Source of the DNA: an uncultured Rikenella sp.
GTDB taxonomy: Bacteria; Bacteroidota; Bacteroidia; Bacteroidales; VadinHA17
DNA length: 64,000 bases
Assembly: GCA_964621005.1 (NCBI GenBank)
Contig: CAZUIF010000004.1
Coordinates: forward strand, 69,204 to 133,203
Direction of reading: 5' to 3'
The translations under genes and the position numbers were made by a program. Below are positions 43,484 to 51,656 of the stretch, piece after piece; the stretch's first letter is position 1; the number at the start of each line of letters is the position of its first letter. Below the pieces are notes generated by a model, which saw only the letters and a program-made list of their open reading frames with translations, was not told the origin of the DNA and searched no databases.

Positions 43484-46483
43484 CTATTCCTTTACAAATC
43501 TTTTCATCACGGCACCATTCTCTGTGGTAAGCCTGACGAAGTAAATACCCCTTGGCAGGTGTCCGACAGGAATATTAACGAGGCTGTCACCCTCGCATCT
43601 GATGGCAGACACCTTGTCGCCGGTCACGTCAAAGACTTCTATCATTGTTACCCCGGAGAGACCGGAAGCGGTAAGCTCCTCACGGGCCGGCACCGGATAA
43701 ATCCTGTAGGCAGCACCGGTATTATCCTCGATACCTGTTGCAACCGAAAAGACCACGGTGTAGTTTTTAACCACCGACTGGTCATGAGAGGTGACCTTGA
43801 CTGTTGTAGTCCTGGCAGCAGCATCTCCTGTCAGGGCGCTGGCCGGGGTTATTACAACCGTTGCGTTGGCCTCGGCCGGTGTGGCGGTTACAGCCGGGAC
43901 GGCAGTAGTCCCCGAGGGGAGTGAGACGTTATATGTCATTGTTCCTGAAGCAAATCCCGTGACAGTGGTTCCGCTTACCTTCAGATCACTCAGCGTTGCA
44001 TCTGATGAATAGACAACAAAGTCAGCGTAGTTGCGCGGTGTGAGCTGTGCATCCGCTGCGTATACGGTAGCGATTCCGGTTACGTCAGCCATGTAGGGAA
44101 TCACCTTCCCGTTCAGGTCAGTACCCAGGAATATTGTCCTGAGTATTGTCGCATCAGAGCCGACGCTAATGCTGTAGTTTTTCTTTTCCTGGAAGACGGC
44201 GGTACCATTGGCGTCAGTAAACTTAACACCCATAATTTTCACCAGTTCAGATTCATAGGTTTCCTGGTTGCCGGTAAACTCTGCGACTGTGATCACCTGG
44301 GGAGTAAGTGTGTTTCCGGTCGAGGAGGCTGCACCCGGGTCACGGTAAGGTATAAACTCCAGCAGCTTATTGTACTCTAAAAGGGTGCCGGTGAGTCCCT
44401 TGATTCCGTCCCCGACGCTGTATGTGGTTGTGATTTTTGCGTCCGCATCGTCAATAAGTATTCCGGCAGAAGCGTCCTGGATATACTTCTGATGTCTCTG
44501 CGAGTCATTGATACCTGACACCACAACCTCGCCTGTCACCTGGTAAATCCTTGTATAATTCTCTGCAGCAACTGCACGCAGTGCGGCAAGGTCTGCAACA
44601 GCGATTATCGGGTTAAAGATGATTGAATAGGTCTGGGTTGTAACACCGTCGGCGGCAGTGACTATCACAGTGGTTGTCCGGGCCTCAGCATCACCGGAAA
44701 GGTTTGTTGCATTGGTGAGTACAGCTGATGCTGCCGGGTCTGTTGGGGTATATGTCACTACCGGTACCGCAGTCACAGAAGGTTCCAGGATCATCTCATA
44801 AGTGAGGGTTGCCGGGTCAAATGATGGTATGGTGACCCCGTCTGCCTTCAGGTCCGAGAGAGTTGCGTCAGAGCCCGCGAGCAGGTAGCCGGTAATTCTG
44901 ACGTCATCTACTTCCCATGTGGCAGCTCCATCAGCAGTTGATTCATACAGGAATGCAACATATACGGTTCCTGTAAAGGCTGACAGATTGAATTCGCCGG
45001 AATTCACTGATTCCCAGTTGCCTGTCGAGAAGCTGAAGTTTGATGTAATATCTGTCCATGTTGCCGCATTGACATCAGTAACAGTATAGTTGCCGTTGAA
45101 GTTGGATGAGACGAGCACCTTCAGCGCAGGGCCGGAATAATTCAACATGGTCCGGAAACCAAGCATATTTGTTTCTGATGCATCGAGGTTGATTGCCGGG
45201 GAAATGAGGTAGTCAAGGTTGGGATTACTGGTCCCTGATACATATCCGGATATCTTCGCATAACCTGTTGTCTGTGCCCAGACCTGGTCTCCCGTTATGC
45301 TCACAGCCGTGAACGGTGCCAGGGAGCCGGAGGTCTGAAAATCGGCGTTAAAGATCACATCCGGCGGACGGACTGTATACAGGTCCACTTTGACAGTCTC
45401 AGTCTGGCGGTTTGGAGTAGGCTCGTCGTCTTCAGCCACGACGTAGATGTCATAATTGGTTTTGTCGGTCAGGCCGGTCAGAGATGCGCTGTAGGTGCTG
45501 CCGCCTGCGGTGACATCTATGATACCATTTGTCAGCAGTGTCACCATTCCGTAGTTTGTTCCTGCGACAACCTCGGCCACTGTGGGTGCGGTTGAACCGT
45601 CAGGAACTACAACGTAGTAAGCTTTCCCGGGCTCATCCATACTTACCTGCAGGTCAGCCTGGGTTGTATTTATGTTTACAACTTTCGGGAATCCATAGGA
45701 GAAAACAGGAGGAGTGAGATCAGCTGATATAGATGCGTTTACGGCATCGTTCCATGTGTTTGCAACTCTTATTGCATCAATGGTTACGGAAGGGGCAGAA
45801 CTTGATCCTCCCTGCCTCAATGCGACCAATGTAATTTGTGTGGCATCGGTTGTAGAGTTATCTGCTGCTATGATGGTGGGGGTTGCCGGTTCATCCGATC
45901 CGACAACAGGGTCTACAAAAATACTTGCCTCATCATCAGTGTTTGTCGCGCTATTGAACAGATACTTCAGCACAATCAGGTTTGTTGTCCCTGTTGTATA
46001 CTCAGCAGTTGTAAACTGTACAGCAGGACTGGTACCTGATTTGGCAATGCCGATAAGGTATTTGTCTGCTGCAGAACCCTGTTTAAGCCAGAGTCTGCCT
46101 TTAAAAATTGTTCCACCCTGAGTAAAGTGGAAGAAATAATCTCCCGTTGTGGTGGTGGCGGAGACCTTCAGCAGGAATGCTGCATATACAGCTCCGGAAG
46201 TGATTGTGCCTACAGAAGTACTATAGTCCAAACCATCCTTCATTGTGATACTCCTGCCACTTCCTGACAGAGTATAATCTGTATATGAAAGAGATTCATC
46301 TATAACTTTTGCTGCAGTACCAGAGTTTGCTGAATTCCATATGGAGGCTGGGTTAACAGGCAGGTCTCCTACTTCATACTGGAAGTTTTCAACCAGGAGC
46401 GGCTGTGAGTAAACCTGCTGCACCGAAAATGCAGTTAACAGTATTACAGGCAGCAATGTAATGAGGGGTAGAGATCTTTTCAT
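43484..46483 (-). CDS. Large multidomain T9SS-secreted protein
   Basis: About 1000 aa. The domains are LamG-like, Fn3-like, a choice-of-anchor-J-like module, two cadherin-like beta-sandwich repeats, two OB-like modules and a T9SS CTD. I take the start at MKRSLPLITLLPVILL (46483) because it gives a signal peptide; the track ORF extends to 46561. The two internal repeats begin SDATLSDLK(A/V).G.T. The OB-like module carries YIQDASAGILI, as in the two lipoproteins. The tail is IYPVPAREEL...VTMIEVFDVTG...GIYFVRL...MKRFVKE. Confidence 0.75.
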   Translation of the reverse strand: MKRSLPLITLLPVILLTAFSVQQVYSQPLLVENFQYEVGDLPVNPASIWNSANSGTAAKVIDESLSYTDYTLSGSGRSITMKDGLDYSTSVGTITSGAVYAAFLLKVSATTTTGDYFFHFTQGGTIFKGRLWLKQGSAADKYLIGIAKSGTSPAVQFTTAEYTTGTTNLIVLKYLFNSATNTDDEASIFVDPVVGSDEPATPTIIAADNSTTDATQITLVALRQGGSSSAPSVTIDAIRVANTWNDAVNASISADLTPPVFSYGFPKVVNINTTQADLQVSMDEPGKAYYVVVPDGSTAPTVAEVVAGTNYGMVTLLTNGIIDVTAGGSTYSASLTGLTDKTNYDIYVVAEDDEPTPNRQTETVKVDLYTVRPPDVIFNADFQTSGSLAPFTAVSITGDQVWAQTTGYAKISGYVSGTSNPNLDYLISPAINLDASETNMLGFRTMLNYSGPALKVLVSSNFNGNYTVTDVNAATWTDITSNFSFSTGNWESVNSGEFNLSAFTGTVYVAFLYESTADGAATWEVDDVRITGYLLAGSDATLSDLKADGVTIPSFDPATLTYEMILEPSVTAVPVVTYTPTDPAASAVLTNATNLSGDAEARTTTVIVTAADGVTTQTYSIIFNPIIAVADLAALRAVAAENYTRIYQVTGEVVVSGINDSQRHQKYIQDASAGILIDDADAKITTTYSVGDGIKGLTGTLLEYNKLLEFIPYRDPGAASSTGNTLTPQVITVAEFTGNQETYESELVKIMGVKFTDANGTAVFQEKKNYSISVGSDATILRTIFLGTDLNGKVIPYMADVTGIATVYAADAQLTPRNYADFVVYSSDATLSDLKVSGTTVTGFASGTMTYNVSLPSGTTAVPAVTATPAEANATVVITPASALTGDAAARTTTVKVTSHDQSVVKNYTVVFSVATGIEDNTGAAYRIYPVPAREELTASGLSGVTMIEVFDVTGDKVSAIRCEGDSLVNIPVGHLPRGIYFVRLTTENGAVMKRFVKE

Positions 46484-46784
46484 AAGCAGATATTCTTTAT
46501 TTGATTTTCTGTTTTCATAGTGCTGACTAAAGTTACAATTTGTGTTTAAAACTGGCGGCAAAATGATCCGCTTTTTGCTCTTTTTTAATCGGGATCATTT
46601 AGGAAAATTCACTAAATAATTATAAATGTGGAATTAAGGAGCAACGAGGGATTACTCTCCGCCGGCTGGCGGATCGTGATCCCCAGGAGGGGAACCTGCA
46701 ACTTACAATACAGGGATGCGCGGGGCGCATGCACTTCTGTTTTCATTGTTTCACCTCATGAACAAGCTCATTCGGTGAACCTCT

Positions 46785-46821
46785 GAAAAACAGAAGCCGT
46801 ACTGCCTTGCAGCAGTACGGC
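46785..46821 (-). terminator. Rho-independent terminator downstream of tRNA-Ser
   Basis: The perfect 10-bp stem GCCGTACTGC/GCAGTACGGC with a 6-nt loop is followed on the minus strand by TTCTGTTTTTC. It begins 16 nt after the tRNA 3' end. Confidence 0.7.
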
Positions 46822-46836
46822 CTGTATTGTCAGTTG

Positions 46837-46923
46837 CGGAGAGAGAGGGATTCGAACCCTCGGTCCAGTTGCCCGGACAACGGTTTTCGAGACCGCCCCA
46901 ATCGACCACTCTGGCATCTCTCC
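46837..46923 (-). tRNA. tRNA-Ser (anticodon CGA)
   Basis: I folded the 87-nt minus-strand sequence by hand: GGAGAGATGCCAGAGTGGTCGATTGGGGCGGTCTCGAAAACCGTTGTCCGGGCAACTGGACCGAGGGTTCGAATCCCTCTCTCTCCG. It has a 7-bp acceptor stem (GGAGAGA/TCTCTCC) and an anticodon stem-loop GCGGT-CTCGAAA-ACCGT. It also has a long class-II variable arm (GTCC...GGAC), a T arm GAGGG-TTCGAAT-CCCTC and discriminator G. No CCA is encoded. Confidence 0.9.
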
Positions 46924-47046
46924 GGACTCGCCATGACCAACCGGCATAGCGGCTGCAAATATAATTGAATTTCCAAAAGTAATTTTGCTGCAGAAAACTT
47001 ATGAGGTGAATATTTGTTTAATCATCAGACACCGTAAAAAGACTGT

Positions 47047-47505
47047 ATGAAAAGAACCATCGCCGCTTCGTTGCTACTCATGCTGGCAATAACCGCAGGG
47101 GCTCAGATAAATACCCCGGAATATGATTCGACCCTGGCAGCAAAACTGGGTGCTGATGACCTGGGCATGAAAACATATGTACTTGTGATCCTTAAAACAG
47201 GTCTGTCGAAGATAACAGATAAGGAATTAAGAGACAGCCTGTTTGCGGGACATTTCTCAAACATGGACAGGCTTGCTGAAGAGGGTAAGCTTGTGGCAGC
47301 CGGCCCGTTTGAAAGCAATGATAACCAGTACCGCGGACTGTTTCTGTTCGATGTCAGGACTGTCGACGAAGCAAAAGAACTGGTCAGGGGAGACCCTACA
47401 GTCACCAGCGGAATATTCGATGCAGAGATGTACCAGTGGTACGGTTCAGCCGCCCTGCCGCTCCTGCTGGAGTTACATCCCAAACTGCAGAAAAGAAAAC
47501 CGTGA
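47047..47505 (+). CDS. YciI-family protein with an N-terminal signal peptide
   Basis: 152 aa with a signal peptide (MKRTIAASLLLMLAITAGAQ) followed by a YCII-like domain (YVLVILKTG...HFSNMDRLAEEGKLVAAGPF...GLFLFDV..VDEAKELVRGDP). Confidence 0.7.
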   Translation: MKRTIAASLLLMLAITAGAQINTPEYDSTLAAKLGADDLGMKTYVLVILKTGLSKITDKELRDSLFAGHFSNMDRLAEEGKLVAAGPFESNDNQYRGLFLFDVRTVDEAKELVRGDPTVTSGIFDAEMYQWYGSAALPLLLELHPKLQKRKP

Positions 47506-47757
47506 CAGGTGATCTCTAAGGCTGTCAGGGTATTAAGAAGACCGGTCCGGTGACGGGAAAAATATTTTCCTGTAAATTGTAAACTTTAATGCAATTCGGT
47601 CGTCTTTATGTAAAGAGATAATGAAAAATCTCCTTTGGTTGGTTTCAGGTAAACATTCAGGGGCTGTCTCATCAGAGGCAGCCTCTCTTTATTTGCCATT
47701 ATAAAGCCGCATCCAATGAGGCTTTTTTGTAATTTGGCCTGCGAATCCGCGACTGCA

Positions 47758-48510
47758 ATGAAAAAGTCCCTTCTGTTTGTAATCATTATGCTTGCCTGCC
47801 AGGCTGCCAGGTCACAGGATACAATATTTATATCCGAAGACCTGAAACTCATAAGAATATCTGAAAATGCACTCATCCATGTTTCGTCAGCAGTGTTGCC
47901 CGGTTACGGCAGGGTATCAGCAAACGGACTGGTATACACAGACAGGCATAAGGCGTATCTTTTTGACACTCCCTGGAACACCGCCCAGACAGAATTACTT
48001 GTAGACTTCCTGGAAAAGAAAATGGGACTTAAGATAAAGGGGTTTGTCCCCAATCACTGGCATGAAGACTGCATGGGCGGACTGGGTTACCTGAAAAGCA
48101 GGAAGATAAAGTCATACGCCGCCAGCCTGACATGTGACATCGCACGGGATAAAGGACTTCCTGTGCCGGACCAGGGATTCATCGATTCCCTTATCCTGAA
48201 TCCCGGGAAAAAAGAGATACTCTGTTACTTCCCGGGGGCCGCACACTCCATGGACAATATAGTAATATGGATAGCTTCTGAAAATATCCTCTTCCCCGGC
48301 TGCATCTGCAAAAGCATTGATAGCCCCAATCTCGGGAACACTGCTGACGGCGATACGGCTTCCTATGCCAGAACAGTGGAACGGATTATCCGGAGGTTTC
48401 CGGAGGCCAGAACAGTCATTCCGGGTCACGGTTCCTGCGGCGGGCCTGAACTTTTGATGCATACAAGACACCTGGCAGCCGGCATCTTGCATACGGAAAT
48501 GAAACAGTAA
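47758..48510 (+). CDS. Subclass B1 metallo-beta-lactamase
   Basis: About 250 aa from MKKSLLFVIIMLACQAARSQ. All B1 zinc ligands are in context: NHWHEDCMGG (H116/H118/D120), AAHSMDNIVIW (H196), FPGCICK (C221), IPGHGS (H263). Local similarity to Bacteroides CfiA/CcrA is recalled from memory (HWHGDCIGGLGYL...KGLPVP...DNIVVW). The track ORF starts at 47716. Confidence 0.85.
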   Translation: MKKSLLFVIIMLACQAARSQDTIFISEDLKLIRISENALIHVSSAVLPGYGRVSANGLVYTDRHKAYLFDTPWNTAQTELLVDFLEKKMGLKIKGFVPNHWHEDCMGGLGYLKSRKIKSYAASLTCDIARDKGLPVPDQGFIDSLILNPGKKEILCYFPGAAHSMDNIVIWIASENILFPGCICKSIDSPNLGNTADGDTASYARTVERIIRRFPEARTVIPGHGSCGGPELLMHTRHLAAGILHTEMKQ

Positions 48511-48512
48511 AT

Positions 48513-49598
48513 ATGGGATCACATAAGTCTGACCTGGATGAGCTCGGAATTACACCGGAGATCAGAAGTTTTACAAAAAACAACCTGCCGGATGGCACCC
48601 ATATCGCCAGGATCATCCGGGAACACCGCGAAAGATACGCAGTTTCAGACGGGGTGAATGATTATGATGCTGAGATAACCGGCAACATGAGGTATTCTGC
48701 AGCATCGAGGAAGGATTTTCCTGCAGTGGGCGACTGGGTGACCATAACTCCGTACGGTCCTGACCAGGCAATAATCAATTCAATCCTCCCCAGGAAATCA
48801 CTGCTTGCCCGCCAGGCAGTGGGCAAACCCGGTGAGATACAGATCATCTCGGCCAACATCGACTGTGCATTCATAATTCAGGCAGTCAGCAACAACTTCA
48901 ACATAAACAGGCTTGAGAGATACCTCACAATATGCTACTCGGCAGGTATCGAGCCGATCCTCATCCTCAGCAAGACAGACCTCGTCAGCCGGGATGAGAT
49001 CAGCGAAGCCGTCAGGATCCTCGGAAAGCGTGACAGACAGGTGAAGTATGTTCTGCTCAGCAATGTCACGGGAGAAGGTTCTGACCAGTTAATGGGACTG
49101 ATTCAGAGCGGCAGGACATATTGCGTTATCGGTTCGTCAGGCGTTGGCAAATCCACACTCATTAACTCTCTTCTTAGAAGGGAAGCCCTGAGGACAGGAG
49201 AAATAAGCAGCTGCACAAACAAGGGGAAGCATGTCACCGAGCACCGGGAACTCTTTGTCCTCGATAACGGGGCAATCATCATCGACACTCCCGGAATGAA
49301 GGAACTTGGCCTTACGGACGATGCCGAAGGGCTGAACGTCACCTTCGGCGATATCAGCCAGTTGGGCGGGAAATGCAGGTTCCCGGACTGTCTCCACATA
49401 AACGAGCAGGGTTGCGCTGTCATTGAAGCAGTGGAGAAAGGCTCGATCAACAGGGAGTCATATGAAAATTACCTGAAAATGATTAAGGAACAGGAGAGGT
49501 TTTCCACCACTGTAGCCGAGAAACGGCGAAGAGACAAGCAGTTCGGTAAAATGGTTAAGAATTACTACAGGTTGAAGATGAAGAACAGGGAGGAATAG
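48513..49598 (+). CDS. rsgA: Ribosome small-subunit-dependent GTPase A
   Basis: 361 aa with a circularly permuted GTPase (LSKTDL ... GSSGVGKSTLIN) and a C-terminal zinc motif (CRFPDCLHINEQGCAV). It starts 2 nt after the MBL stop. Confidence 0.9.
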   Translation: MGSHKSDLDELGITPEIRSFTKNNLPDGTHIARIIREHRERYAVSDGVNDYDAEITGNMRYSAASRKDFPAVGDWVTITPYGPDQAIINSILPRKSLLARQAVGKPGEIQIISANIDCAFIIQAVSNNFNINRLERYLTICYSAGIEPILILSKTDLVSRDEISEAVRILGKRDRQVKYVLLSNVTGEGSDQLMGLIQSGRTYCVIGSSGVGKSTLINSLLRREALRTGEISSCTNKGKHVTEHRELFVLDNGAIIIDTPGMKELGLTDDAEGLNVTFGDISQLGGKCRFPDCLHINEQGCAVIEAVEKGSINRESYENYLKMIKEQERFSTTVAEKRRRDKQFGKMVKNYYRLKMKNREE

Positions 49599-49665
49599 TC
49601 TGGAGCATAATCCCCCCTGCCGGGAAGAGACAATTTTCAGATGAGATATATTTTTCAGAAGTGCC

Positions 49666-50877
49666 ATGAAAGAGAATCTTTACAGTAAAAGCCTTTCCAG
49701 TCTTGATGTCCTGTGCAACAGGATCGGGGAAAGGTCTGTGGGCAGCGAAGGAAACCGGCAGGCAACTGCATTCCTTGAAAAGGAGCTGTCGGTCCTGGGA
49801 TGGAGAACCACCGCAGCCGAATTTGATGCCATCGACTGGCATGACGGCGGCGCCAGCCTTGAGTGCAAAGGGGTGACTTTTGAGGTGTTCACCGGGCCGT
49901 ACTCTCTCCCTTTCAAGGGCAGTGCCCAATTGCTGACAGCCTCAACAACAGCGGAGCTTGAGCAGGCAGATATGCAGGAAAAAATAATCCTGCTTCACGG
50001 TGAGATAGCAAGGGAACAGCTTATGCCAAAGAACTTCGTCTTCTATAATCCCGAAGGGCATCAGAAGATTATATCGCTTCTTGAAAAGGGGAAGCCGGCA
50101 GCCGTGATAAGTGCAACCGGGAGGAATTCAGCCCTCGCAGGTGGCGTCTACCCGTTCCCTCTCATCGAGGACGGGGATTTCGACATACCTTCGGTCTATA
50201 TGACAGAAGAGGAGGGGATGAGGCTCCTTCCCCTGGCCAGCAACACTGTTTCACTCACATCAGTGTCAAAACGGATACCCGGCAAGGGATACAACATCAT
50301 CGCGGTAAGGGGACCTGAAGATGCAGGCAGGATAGTTGTTTCGGCACATATTGACGCGAAAAAGGGTACCCCCGGTGCCATCGACAATGCCACGGGAGTG
50401 GTGACTCTCCTTCTGCTGGCGGAACTGCTGAGGGATTATGACGGACCGAGGCAGGTAGAACTGGTAGCATTCAACGGTGAGGATTATTATGCAGTCCCCG
50501 GCCAGATGAATTACATAGCGGCAAACCAGGGGAAATTCAGATCGATGATCCTTGACATCAATATCGACGGTGCCGGCTACCGGGAGGGGATGTCTGCCTT
50601 TTCAGAGTTCGGTCTTCCCGATAACCTTTCAGCAAGGATAAAGAGAGCAATATCACGTTACCCGGGAATAACCACAGGTCCTCAGTGGCCGCAGGGTGAC
50701 CACAGTATCTTCGTCCAGTCCGGGGTGCCGGCGGTGGCAGTTACTTCAATGTGGTTCATTGAAAACATGGAGAGCCAGGATGTAACCCATACCCCGAAGG
50801 ACAGGCCTGAAATAACTGACTGCCGCAAGATTGTCGAGATAGCACATGCCCTGAATGATTTTATCCGGATGATTTAG
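49666..50877 (+). CDS. M28-family metallopeptidase (aminopeptidase-like, with a PA-like insert)
   Basis: 403 aa with metal-ligand contexts SAHIDAKKGTPGAIDNATGV, FNGEDYY and GDHSIF. Confidence 0.78.
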   Translation: MKENLYSKSLSSLDVLCNRIGERSVGSEGNRQATAFLEKELSVLGWRTTAAEFDAIDWHDGGASLECKGVTFEVFTGPYSLPFKGSAQLLTASTTAELEQADMQEKIILLHGEIAREQLMPKNFVFYNPEGHQKIISLLEKGKPAAVISATGRNSALAGGVYPFPLIEDGDFDIPSVYMTEEEGMRLLPLASNTVSLTSVSKRIPGKGYNIIAVRGPEDAGRIVVSAHIDAKKGTPGAIDNATGVVTLLLLAELLRDYDGPRQVELVAFNGEDYYAVPGQMNYIAANQGKFRSMILDINIDGAGYREGMSAFSEFGLPDNLSARIKRAISRYPGITTGPQWPQGDHSIFVQSGVPAVAVTSMWFIENMESQDVTHTPKDRPEITDCRKIVEIAHALNDFIRMI

Positions 50878-50965
50878 CCGGTCACATATCACCATCCATG
50901 TAATAACTATTTGATAACTTGGATAAAGTTTTCAGGTATTTAATCCTATACTAATCCGTTAACAA

Positions 50966-51556
50966 ATGAAAGCAAAGATTATTTCTTTCCTGGTGATGAT
51001 TTTGCTGGGTGCCGCAACACTGACCTCAGAGGGGCAGACACCTGCAAATACTGTCAAGCCGGCGCTGCTGGTAATAGATATTCAGAACGCCTTTCTTCCA
51101 ATGATCCCTGACGCTGAAAGGGAAAGTGCGATGGCCAACATCAACTACTACATCTCCCAGTTCAGGGCTCACGGGTATCCTGTGATTCTTATTTACCATC
51201 ACGGGGAGGAATACGGTGTGAAGCCGGGGACCGAAATTTTCGAATTCCCCGAATCGGTGCTGATCAGGCCTGATGATCCCAGGGTGATCAAGACATACCC
51301 TGACGGATTCAACAAGACAGATCTTGACAAGGTGCTGAAGGAGCAAGGTTGCAATACGCTGTTCCTCACCGGCCTGAGTGCAGTGGGGTGCGTTCTTGCA
51401 ACCTGCATCGGAGCGATGAATCATGATTACAGGGCGTTCCTTGTCAAGGACGCCATCATGAGTCACAATTCGGAATACACAGAGAACATTGAAATAATGT
51501 TTGATGCCGTCGGTAACGATGTGATCAGAATGGTTCTCGAAACTGCCGGGAAATGA
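50966..51556 (+). CDS. Isochorismatase-family cysteine hydrolase with a signal peptide
   Basis: 196 aa with a signal peptide (MKAKIISFLVMILLGAATLTSEGQ). Catalytic contexts are LLVIDIQN (Asp) and LTGLSAVGCVLATC (Cys). Confidence 0.8.
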   Translation: MKAKIISFLVMILLGAATLTSEGQTPANTVKPALLVIDIQNAFLPMIPDAERESAMANINYYISQFRAHGYPVILIYHHGEEYGVKPGTEIFEFPESVLIRPDDPRVIKTYPDGFNKTDLDKVLKEQGCNTLFLTGLSAVGCVLATCIGAMNHDYRAFLVKDAIMSHNSEYTENIEIMFDAVGNDVIRMVLETAGK

Positions 51557-51597
51557 CCGGCCCACAAGGGTGCAGGTCTCCCCGGAAACCGGCAGGC

Positions 51598-51630
51598 ATA
51601 AAAAAAACCGCCCGGAAGATCCAGGGCGGT
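51598..51630 (-). terminator. Rho-independent terminator after the small T9SS-tail gene
   Basis: On the minus strand, ACCGCCC-tggatcttcc-GGGCGGT is followed by TTTTTTTT, 27 nt after the stop. Confidence 0.6.
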
Positions 51631-51656
51631 AAGTGTATAAAAAAAGAACGTGCCGG

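Noticed and set aside
46484-46561. A 26-codon N-terminal extension of the large T9SS protein. There are similar extensions at 41260-41343, 47716-47757 and 52038-52217.
   Set aside because: Internal Met codons give proper signal peptides (positively charged N-terminus plus a hydrophobic core). The extensions would bury them.
46658-46674. The shared core TCCGCCnGCTGGCGGAT between 46658-46674 and 31821-31837 as evidence for a dispersed repeat family.
   Set aside because: There are only two copies. Both are palindromes, so only about 8 nt are independent. My back-of-envelope estimate is that a 16-of-17 match is not improbable by chance in 64 kb on both strands. I kept it only as a side note in the palindrome finding.
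46837-47046. tRNA-Ser as an integration site for a genomic island or prophage.
   Set aside because: I noticed no integrase, no direct repeat of the tRNA 3' end and no phage or transposon genes on either side within the window.
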